A DNA stretch of 32,554 nt from Octopus bimaculoides (taxonomy: Eukaryota). The stretch spans positions 6,247,862 through 6,280,415 of the forward strand of contig NC_068995.1 in NCBI RefSeq assembly GCF_001194135.2, read 5' to 3'. Below, one piece after another: positions 22,810 through 32,554 of this stretch. A program made the position numbers and the translations under genes. The notes under the pieces were generated by a model that was not told where the DNA came from, ran no database searches, and saw nothing but the letters and a program-made list of their open reading frames with translations. Position 1 is the first letter of the stretch. Each line of letters starts with the position of its first letter.

Positions 22810-23430
22810 TTATATACGACAACATATAAGCATTTTTAAAGAAATGCAAAATTCTGCTCTCCTTCAAATTAGGGTCCTCTAATTTCAATGCATTTGTTTG
22901 GAAATGACGGTATCCAAGTCCCTACTTACAGCCTCCTTCGTCTTCTTAATGCCAAAAAAAAAAAACCGACAGTCCTCGAGGTTCTTTAGCTAGGGGAAAA
23001 ATAAAATAATCACAGGAAGCAAGGTCTATACTGCCGGTGGGTGACAAACAATTCTGTTTCCCATCTCTGACAAGTACTCGGGTACAATGATGGAAATGTG
23101 TACCGGTACATTGGCTTGATGTTCATACCACCAACTCAATTTGAGTTCTGGATTTTTCCGATGAAAGATCCTCTTAAAGTCCCTCAAAACCTTCTGAATG
23201 TACTCTTTCTTGACCGCCTGGCCAGAGTGAATCCAGTAGATGTAGATGGTACGCTTCACGTCAAAAATGACTCTCATCAAGAACTTTCCGGTGGATTTTC
23301 ATTGCCTCGTCTTCTTGGACCTGGAGGAGCTAGTATTGTTTCCGTTGGGTACTCTGTCTCTTGAGGTCTGGATACAGCTTTCGTCACATGGCACGGTTCT
23401 ATCCTTAAAAAAAGGTTTCAAAACTTCTGG
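22810..23430 (-). mobile_element. Mariner (DD34D) transposase remnant, catalytic domain, inactivated
   Basis: The minus strand gives VPCDESCI (first D), KKTRQ*KSTGKFLMRVIFD, HSGQAVKKEYIQKVLRDFKRIFHRKNPEL, WYEHQANVPVH (HQDNAP with D>A), VCHPP, then after a frameshift DLASCDYFIFP, CRF, KEAV and FCISLK. This is the canonical mariner order TCDESW...HQDNAPVH...HPPYSPDLAPCD.F.FP...KCI. Includes ORF 23026..23280. Confidence 0.92.
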
Positions 23431-23965
23431 GATGCAACACGCTTATCCCTGCAACTGAAACTAAAAAAAAAGAAGAAAAAAATTGAAAATATGTTACGCA
23501 GAATTTCACACATCTATTTTGAAGAGAATCGGTATTATTNNNNNNNNNNNNNNNNNNNNNNNNNNNNNNNNNNNNNNNNNNNNNNNNNNNNNNNNNNNNN
23601 NNNNNNNNNNNNNNNNNNNNNNNNNNNNNNNNNNNNNNNNNNNNNNNNNNNNNNNNNNNNNNNNNNNNNNNNNNNNNNNNNNNNNNNNNNNNNNNNNNNN
23701 NNNNNNNNNNNNNNNNNNNNNNNNNNNNNNNNNNNNNNNNNNNNNNNNNNNNNNNNNNNNNNNNNNNNNNNNNNNNNNNNNNNNNNNNNNNNNNNNNNNN
23801 NNNNNNNNNNNNNNNNNNNNNNNNNNNNNNNNNNNNNNNNNNNNNNNNNNNNNNNNNNNNNNNNNNNNNNNNNNNNNNNNNNNNNNNNNNNNNNNNNNNN
23901 NNNNNNNNNNNNNNNNNNNNNNNNNNNNNNNNNNNNNNNNNNNNNNNNNNNNNNNNNNNNNNNNN

Positions 23966-24009
<44 letters not shown>

Positions 24010-25132
24010 CATATACATCTAGAGATCTAGAGATACGTACATGATCTATATATACATGGTTGGGCAAACACTTTCAACGTTCGTTTTATGTAGCAGAACT
24101 GTGAATGTTCATCGGATGAGATTTTAGTTACCAATGAAATATTTTCACCATCTTCACAAACAATCGAAGCTAACATATGTAAAACGGTTTTCATACTTAC
24201 CGATATATACATATATATGTATGTAAATGTGAGAGAAAGTCATTCTACGTATTTAGATGTGTACACCTCTATCTGTTAATGTATTTAAATGAATCGTGTG
24301 AAAACTGATGTGTAATCTCTGTAATCTTTTTTCTTAATCGCTGCGGAGACTTTTATAAAATGAGTAGATAGAGATATAAATGGGCGAGAAGATAAGAAAT
24401 AAAAAAAAGTAGCATAGAAAAGCAATCTCTTGGTGTACATACAGCGAAGTATGGCTTAACTGGTAAAGTAATACGTGTGATTTATATATATATTAGAACG
24501 TAAATAGATATACGTGAATTCTTGCTGTTCATTCAAATATGTATTGCATATATTTGTGCTTATATACATCACACACAAATATGTATGTGTATATATACAT
24601 ATATATAAATGTGTGTATACATGCATGGAAACAATCACATACATATATACACATTCTCTCTCCCTCTCCCGAACACGTAGCTCTGTTTAATCCTTTTTAT
24701 GATCTGAACACATCTTTGAAGAAAAGAGGAGAGTAAAAATTCCAACAGTTGTCAAAGGCCCACATTAAATGAAACAACTATTAAGATATGTCCATAGAGA
24801 AAATGTGTGAATTTCTGTACTTACAGAAACTCGTGAAATGATCTGTTTTTCTGATTTGAATATCGAGAAATGTGTATATAACACAGTGCAAGTTGCCTAG
24901 ATAGAAATATTGATATAGATTGTGGCAATACAGGCGACGATATCTATGTTCGTACACGCATGCGCAATCACTCGCTCGCACACGTACAAAGGCGAATAAA
25001 TATCTCACATATATAACTGTATGTGTATATGCTCTTATATATACGTATGCAGGGTGTACAATATATATTCATCAACACGTTATTTTCATATAACTATACA
25101 TATATGTTCGTGTGTGAAAATGTATATATATG

Positions 25133-25186
25133 TGTGTCTCTGTGCGTATGTGCGTCTCTGTGCGTATGTGTGTCTCTGTGCGTATG
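25133..25186. repeat. 18 bp minisatellite x3 (TGYGTCTCTGTGCGTATG)
   Basis: Units at 25133, 25151 and 25169. Confidence 0.93.
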
Positions 25187-25385
25187 TGCGTGTGTGTAAG
25201 TTGTGTTTGTGTATGCATATATACGCACACATTACGCGTATATATACATATATACATGCAAACATACAGAGAGTAAGATTACATACATAGATCGATATTA
25301 CACACAGATATACTCAGGCATTTCTGCATGACAATGCATAGAGGATCCTCAAATCACATAATCACAGAACATACATACATGTGTA

Positions 25386-25387
<2 letters not shown>

Positions 25388-25466
<79 letters not shown>

Positions 25467-25482
25467 ATATATACACACACAT
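25388..25482. repeat. (AT)n(GT)n compound microsatellite
   Basis: Seen directly. Confidence 0.96.
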
Positions 25483-25883
25483 ACGTGCATACATAACATA
25501 TACTTGCATACATACAAACATATATGTCCATACATAGATATACATGCATACATAATATATACGTACTTACATACATTTATGCGTACTCTGTGTGTGTGTA
25601 TATAATTTATTGGTCATTCCTCATAATATTGTGTTACTGTCAGATGAATATTTGATATATTAATTTCTTAAGTTCTACTTTAAAGTGTTTCTTCTGTGTT
25701 ACGAGACATTTATCATAACTAGGTAAATAAATATTTACACCTTTGAAGAATGCGTTAAAATTGAACAATTTTTCATGACAAATTTATTACTTTTAGATTT
25801 TATGTAATCGTCAGTCTTTTCTATTGGAATATACCAGTTTACGCACAACACAGCCACTTAGATCGATCGATAGATAGGCAGAT

Positions 25884-25885
25884 AA

Positions 25886-25960
<75 letters not shown>
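25884..25960. repeat. (AGAT)n microsatellite
   Basis: Seen directly. Confidence 0.97.
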
Positions 25961-26094
25961 TCACGATTATGATATGATACACCAACATGGCAAAACAAAG
26001 ACTCCACCTCGTGAACTCACCGACGGCACTTCAGTGGATAATGTTGACATAAGTTGAGCAAAGAGCAATAAGCGTTCCCTCTAATAATAAATTT

Positions 26095-26160
26095 TCCGCT
26101 TGCTGCATTATGAATTTGAGGAAAATTTGGCTTCTATTTCTAGTAAATCGAACAACCACC
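26095..26160 (-). mobile_element. Short interspersed repeat family B, short fragment
   Basis: The reverse complement TACTAGAAATAGAAGCCAAATTTTCCTCAAAT matches TGCTAGAAATAGTAACTAAATATTCCTCAAAT at about 6576-6607. Confidence 0.6.
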
Positions 26161-26989
26161 CATCAGCTAACTCATTGACGCGGTAGCAATGTTGAAATAC
26201 ATGGCATTCATTTGCTGTTTAGAATCTGCTCTCTTACTGTGAACTCTTGATCAACACGTAAATTCCCTCCTACTCTTACGAACCACTAATACTCATGGAT
26301 TTATACTCAATAAATTAACCCATTAGACTTATCGTTAATTATAGACTGTCGTTAATGAAATAATCTCGGATATTTGATGGTATATTCACTGACACAGCCA
26401 ATTCAAGAAATAGCTCATGGCAATTGCTTTAACGATAACGTCAGTGCGCTTCCGTAATTTTCTTATCTTTTTTCGAAAAGAATTTTAATTATTTTGTAAC
26501 ATAACTCATCATGTTGCACGTACCCTAACTACTCACAAACAGAAATACATGGAAATTTGCAATCAACGAACTAAAGATTGAGGTAGCGAGTTTCCTCTAG
26601 ATGGCTTTTACACACGCACATACACATTCTATACATATATACTTATATACATACATACATACATACACACATACATAGATATACTCATATATATATACAC
26701 ATACATGAATACATACATACACAAATACATATACACACACGTAGATATACATACATATATTTTTATACACGCACACATACACATATGTTTCTCTGCAGTA
26801 CAAAAATTTTGACGTTTAACTAAAGAATCACTCAATACTGTTTCTAGAGTACATATTCATTATATTTGTTATATTTTTACAAGAAGGGGGCTGACAATGA
26901 CTTCGCCCTTTCGACCTTCTACCTTCTGTCGAACATTGACTTCGGAATTTCGATGGCTAACACTGTCACCCTCTTGCCCTCACGCTAAC

Positions 26990-27066
26990 TCCCTGTCTCT
27001 CTCTCTTTATCTCTCCTCTCTTTCTTTTTCTCTGTCTTTGTTTCTCCCGTTCTCTCTCTCTGTATT

Positions 27067-27098
<32 letters not shown>

Positions 27099-27210
27099 TT
27101 TCTCTGTGTTTGTCCCTGCCTTACGCTCTCTCCCTCTCTCTCCTCTCCCTCACTCTCTCTCCGTCTCTCTCTTTCTCTCTCTCTCTCTCNNNNNNNNNNC
27201 CTCTCTCTGA
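26990..27210. repeat. Polypyrimidine tract, (CT)n/(CTTT)n
   Basis: Seen directly; contains a 10 nt gap. Confidence 0.93.
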
Positions 27211-28100
27211 AACCCCAATAAAGATGAATAAATGCATATTAAATGCAAAGTAAACTTTCTGTAAACCAACAAATTCCCTGTAAGCTTTCAGTGAGAAAAA
27301 TATACGTCTTGTAATAACGAGGAACTCCAAAATAAAAAGCGAATCTCAAGAACCAAGAATTCTTGGAAATTATCATACTGTTAAAGAAAAGGCTTATTCT
27401 TTAATACAAGACGATAATTGGTAGAAACGTGTTTTTCCCTCAGTAGGCTTCATCGCACAGCAGTAATCCAAACTTGAATTTTGCAAACACGATGTAATTT
27501 GTATAATTTAAAGCTGAACTAAGAAGAATAAGTCATAGCGGCTAGTGGCGAAAATATTCAAAATCAAGACGAAATAACGTAATATTCTTGAATATCATTT
27601 AAAATCGAAAAGTGCATCTATGTTCTTCAGATCTTGGGCAGACATTAGTTGGAAGTTAAGGCATGAAGTCGCATTCTTGTGTGAATCAATTGTGAAATGA
27701 AATTAATGACTAATGTTCTCCATTGGAATATTACTCGTGCGACACGATTTACATTTTCCATTAGAAAGATAATTATGAAAAAATCTCCAACTATTTTCTT
27801 TAATTGTATGATAAATTTCGAATTACACAACAGAAGCAACTCAAAATTAAAATCGTTACCTATTTCATATATCTTTTAAAACGTGTTACATATTTTATGT
27901 TTTTCTTTTTTGCCCGAAGCGTTAAGTTATATATATATATATATATATATATNNNNNNNNNNNNNNNNNNNNNNNNNNNNNNNNNNNNNNNNNNNNNNNN
28001 NNNNNNNNNNNNNNNNNNNNNNNNNNNNNNNNNNNNNNNNNNNNNNNNNNNNNNNNNNNNNNNNNNNNNNNNNNNNNNNNNNNNNNNNNNNNNNNNNNNN

Positions 28101-28262
28101 GTTCAAATTCCACCAAGGTCGACTTTGCCTTTCATCCTTTCGGGGTCGATTAAATAAGTAACAGTTACGTACTGGGGTCGATGTAATCGACTTAATCCCT
28201 TTGTCTGTCCTTGTTTGTTAACTCTATGTTTAGCCCCTTGTGGGCAATAAATAAATAAATAA
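28101..28262 (+). mobile_element. tRNA-derived SINE family A core, copy 9, with an alternative tail ending in (AAAT)n; head lost in the gap
   Basis: GTTCAAATTCCACCAAGGTCGACTTTGCCTTTCATCCTTTCGGGGTCGATTAAATAAGTAACAGTTACGTACTGGGGTCGATGTAATCGAC, then TTAATCCCTTTGTCTGTCC...GGGCAATAAATAAATAAAT. Confidence 0.92.
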
Positions 28263-29499
28263 ATATATATATGTATAAACACATATTTACACACAGGATT
28301 GTGTGTGTGTGTGTGTATTTGTAAAATTATATGTGTGCGTAGAATGAAATAACTATCGAAGGAACAGGTGAATGTAGAAATAATTGATTAGATGTTTTGA
28401 AAGCGAAAGTAAAAAAAAAAATAGTGAAGAATTAATGTGGAGTCTAATGAGTGAAGAGTAACAGAGAAACGTCGGAGAAAGTGTTAGAGAGTGGGCGATA
28501 AAGGGGGAGATAAGTGGTTGAATAAAAGGAGAGAACATTTAAACAGAAATATTAGAATGTGAACGAGAGAAAAAGATACGTTGAAACACATTGTAAAATA
28601 GTGTGAAAGGGAAGAAACGAGGGGGAAATTCTCTAAGTAAACTGTGCGCATGTGTGTATTTGTTCAGCAAATGTATAGATTGCGAGTAACAAACTGAATG
28701 TATGTGCAATGCAGGAAGGCATACAAACATTTTAAGAGCTTTATATAATACTGAAGAACAATGTATCTATATTTTACAAGTATGAAATATTTACGGATTT
28801 TTTCATATTTTATTAAGGAAATTACAATGCGTTCCCTTTTGTGTTCAGAGAAATAGAAATGGAAATTTTTAAAGAAAATATATATAAGTGAATAGAATGA
28901 GTAGCAAGGAGAATGAAGTTTAAAGTAAATATAAAACAGTTACAAATTAAAAAGAAGTGTTAATAAATTCGTCAACGATATCTCTGCCATCTTCTATATT
29001 TGGCATAATGTTTCCTAATTTTCTGTGTAGGTATTGTTCGTAAATGTTTACTCCTGTGCAGGAATAATAATAATTGATTTGGGCAGAAACTTAATATTGT
29101 GGCTAATGTTGGATATGTGGTGGTAATATGTCATGAGAAGAATGTCAGAGAATGAAGAAAACCGAATGATGTAACTGTTATTTTATCCACACAGGGGCAA
29201 TCTTGAAAGTATTTACATAAACACACATACATACACACATATACGTCGTTATACATATACCTATAGACACACATAAATATATATACATATAAACAAACAC
29301 ACCTACAGACAATTACATACAGACAAGTATACCTATACCTACACACATATACAGACATATACGCATGTAATCACTCAAACACATATACATACACAGGCAA
29401 ACATACACAAACACAAGCGTATATATATATATATATCATCTCTCTCGTCGCTGACGACGTCAAGAACTATCGCAGTTGCTGAGAACTAAGCTATTGGAG

Positions 29500-30100
29500 T
29501 CTTATTCGGGCCTCTGCATAAACACGTCTTTCATTTGGTTTACTTTTTGGTCCAGGTACTGATTCTGGTCCAGGTAGATGTTTTTTTTCGTCGGAGAAAA
29601 CTCTTGGTAGTTTATTTTATTTTGAAAGCGCTTTGCTCGGATCGAACGATTTTCTCTTGTCACACCCGACATAAACTGATATATCCGCTTTAGATACGAG
29701 TTATTTCGGATGTCCTCGTCTATAACTCTTTTTTCTCTTTTTCCTGGTAGCATTTTGAAAACTCGAGTTCCTTTGCAAAGTCTCTGATTGAGGTTTTGGA
29801 ATTTCTATCGATTATTTTTGGGACTTTTTCTGTTCTGGTGGTATTCGTATCCTCTCCATGCATTTTACATTAAGCTGTTGCTAGGGCTAAGTCGGCAACT
29901 TCCAGGCACATTCGAAATTTGATAGCGAAGGAAGCGAGATGTCTGTGTATCAGTATGCTGCAATTTTAAGGCAATGACAACAGTGGTTCTTTCTTTTGCT
30001 GAGTCAACCTGATATCTGACATTCTTTATCTGAAAAATAAGGTAAACAAAAATAAATGAGTCACAAGCTTTGAACGAGTTATCCTCAGAAAACTGACGCA
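29500..30100 (-). mobile_element. DD37D/maT (Bmmar1-like) transposase remnant, N-terminal half, frameshifted
   Basis: From the ATG at 30022 (minus): MSDIRLTQQK, TTVVIALKLQHTDTQTSRFLR, KIIDRNSKTSIRDFAKELE (HTH), RVIDEDIRNNSY, QFMSGVTRENRSIRAKRFQNKI, FSDEK, DQKVN. These match the maT pattern I.DEN...S.R..AKEL...VHEDIRYKSY...GQFMS..TRE.R..R.KRL.NK...FSDEKNF.QDQKVN as I recall it. Covers ORFs 29502..29753 and 29865..30146. Confidence 0.85.
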
Positions 30101-30107
30101 TCATGTG

Positions 30108-30108
30108 C

Positions 30109-30141
<33 letters not shown>

Positions 30142-30144
30142 TAC

Positions 30145-30196
<52 letters not shown>

Positions 30197-30205
30197 ATAT
30201 ATATA
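30108..30205. repeat. (TATG)n(TA)n(TG)n compound microsatellite
   Basis: Seen directly; abuts the upstream end of the maT remnant. Confidence 0.95.
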
Positions 30206-30303
30206 TGGAAGAAGCTCGTAGTGGTTCGCTTGGAAAACTGTAGTACAGAAGGACACTAATAAAAGGAATGTGAAATAGGGAGAAATTCCAACAATGCAGA
30301 GTT

Positions 30304-30334
<31 letters not shown>

Positions 30335-31440
30335 GATAGATAGATAGATAGATACATACATACATACACTGCTTCGGGCACCGCCTTAAACAGTTTTAGT
30401 TATATTAAATCTAAAGCCCGTTAAATTCCTTTTTTTTTTAAATCTCACAGAACATATGACAGGAAAATTTCGCCTGAAGAAATCAGAAGTAATTGATGCG
30501 ATATTCATTTGGCAGCGCCTTTGTTAATGCACCGATTGTATCACGACTGACAAATATGATATATATAAACGACAAACATGTACATTTTCCATCAACTATT
30601 TTTTTCTGTATAAGTCAGGAGGTAGAAATGTTCCCAATGGTAGGAAATATTTACGGTATGAGCGCTCGGATCGATCCTGCTACGACGTGAATGCGGAAAT
30701 AGATTATTGTTTACACACCTTTATTTCATCTTAGTTTGAAAATAGACATTTTCTATAAAAGCGACGGTCCTAGTTCAAATGAAAATTGAATCAACTAGTT
30801 TCATCTCTAGTTAAGGGCCCAGAGATGGCTAACCCCGATTCCTATGCAGCCGAATATAAGTAACATGGTTGTTGTTATAGCAAATTTATAAAGAAATAGA
30901 TTTACACAATATTCATAATGGTACAAGGTTGAGGTTTAGGCATTAATAACTAGAGATCCTGTACTGCATGGGCATTAAGAAAGTGAGGAAGAATGAAGGA
31001 AAGAACTGAGGGGAGGATGATCGAAAATGAGTTTTCCAGAAGGAACGTGGAATCAAGAAAACTGCAGAAAAAAAATAAAATTTAAGAGAAAAAGTAAATA
31101 ACCGGATAGAAGAAATGATTAACAATGTGAGAAATATATTTGAAGTGAAACAGGAAGAGAGAGACAATCATTGAGCAAGACATAACGAAAATAAATGTGT
31201 GAAAGCCTGTGTGTGCTACATAATATATGTGTGTATATGTGTGTATACGTACATACATGCATACATACATACACACGTTACTGTCCTCACAAAATTGAAC
31301 ACTCTTATTGCTGTTGATATTATTTTAAGTCTTTCCTAATTCAATAAAAGAACTGAAATATTTATGTTGTTTGACGAAAACCTAAATCTGAAATGAGAAC
31401 ATCAGGTGGTCTTTTATATTTGTTAGAATTTTTATATTTA

Positions 31441-31479
<39 letters not shown>

Positions 31480-31840
31480 ACAATTGCTCCACAGACGGTC
31501 TATAAGCATCTACAGAATTTGTATCGTTAGTGGAGCAGTTAATACAAAACACTAGGTTGCAGAGCATCGTTGTAGAAATGGCCACTTGTGAAGGTTGGGA
31601 TAAATGCTCTTCAGATATGTCTGTCGAAGAATTTAGCGAGGAAAACGCTAAACAACTGAGTTTAACAACAGGAAAGATAGTGAAATTTCCTCAGATGAAT
31701 AACCACAACCAGCAACATAAATTAACCAAATTGTTTTGCTTGGATAAAATGTGACCCACTAGGCAAGCCACAGGAAAACTTTATTGAATTGAGAGAACTG
31801 CAGTGGATCATTACAGTCGACACAAATGTTAAAAGCAGAC

Positions 31841-31842
<2 letters not shown>

Positions 31843-31896
<54 letters not shown>

Positions 31897-31897
31897 T
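31843..31897. repeat. (GATA)n microsatellite
   Basis: Seen directly. Confidence 0.97.
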
Positions 31898-32554
31898 AAA
31901 CAAACTTACACACATGTAAATATGCACACACTGAACCAATACTTGATCATACCAGATATTGTGTGCTCTCAATCTTTTCGTAGTTCGTAGTTTTAATTTG
32001 CAATGTATATAGATATATAGCGAAAATGATCTATGAGAGAATATCACATACACACACACACGCACATACATACGTATATACATGAAGAACAGAGTCAGGG
32101 AGACAGAGAATCAGTGAGGATGTGGAGCTCACCAGAAATAGTATAAAAGAGAGAGAAAGTACGATCGAAATAGATTCTTTAAAACAGAATATGATATTGC
32201 GTCGAACAGTTATGAGTTCTTCAATTAGCGACACACACGGTAACGACAGATTAGGCTAAAAATAGTAGCAAAGAACAACAATAAGCCAATACAAATATAG
32301 AAAAATAGAAATCTTCACACACACACTTACACACACATTTGTACAAATGTATTTCACTAGGTCGATTGTTTGTGTGTATAGTAGTAGTGTGTGTAAGTTT
32401 CTGAATGAAAACAAATAAGGATTGATTATAAAATGCTTAAACAATAACGAGATCCAGAACTATTCGGAAGATTTTTCATTGCCTTTATGTGCGCGCTCAC
32501 ACATATACAAACACAAATGTACACGTGCACACACACAATATATATATATATATA

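Noticed and set aside
23098-23458. Plus-strand ORFs 23098..23364 and 23246..23458
   Set aside because: Antisense shadows of the mariner transposase remnant.
133-32444. The many ORFs rich in CV, YI, HT, LS, ER, poly-V/S/T/N or X
   Set aside because: They are translations of di-, tri- and tetranucleotide repeats or run through N gaps; there is no evidence of coding function.

Overview
AT-rich, repeat-saturated animal genomic DNA from a draft assembly, with about 11 N gaps (roughly 4.5 kb), almost all next to microsatellites. It is not prokaryotic. I see no intact protein-coding gene, tRNA, rRNA or CRISPR array, and nearly all ORFs in the track are translations of microsatellites or N runs. The supportable content is: (i) nine copies of one tRNA-derived SINE family with Pol III A/B boxes, plus at least four copies of a second short interspersed family; (ii) two dead Tc1/mariner-superfamily transposase remnants on the minus strand, a DD34D mariner catalytic region at about 22.8-23.4 kb and a DD37D/maT-type N-terminal half at about 29.5-30.1 kb; (iii) a probable very old CR1/L2-type LINE fragment; (iv) many simple repeats and a 600 bp polypurine tract. 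The SINE sequences match my recollection of octopus SINEs, so a coleoid cephalopod intron or intergenic region is the most likely origin (inference, not checked). I did not find a convincing novel biological system. The best leads are a cluster of canonical splice sites defining possible micro-exons at 13.17-13.81 kb, a head-to-head inverted SINE pair with an intact 18 bp TSD at 19.4-19.8 kb (a possible dsRNA/ADAR substrate), and an unexplained local duplication at 4.4 and 5.9 kb.
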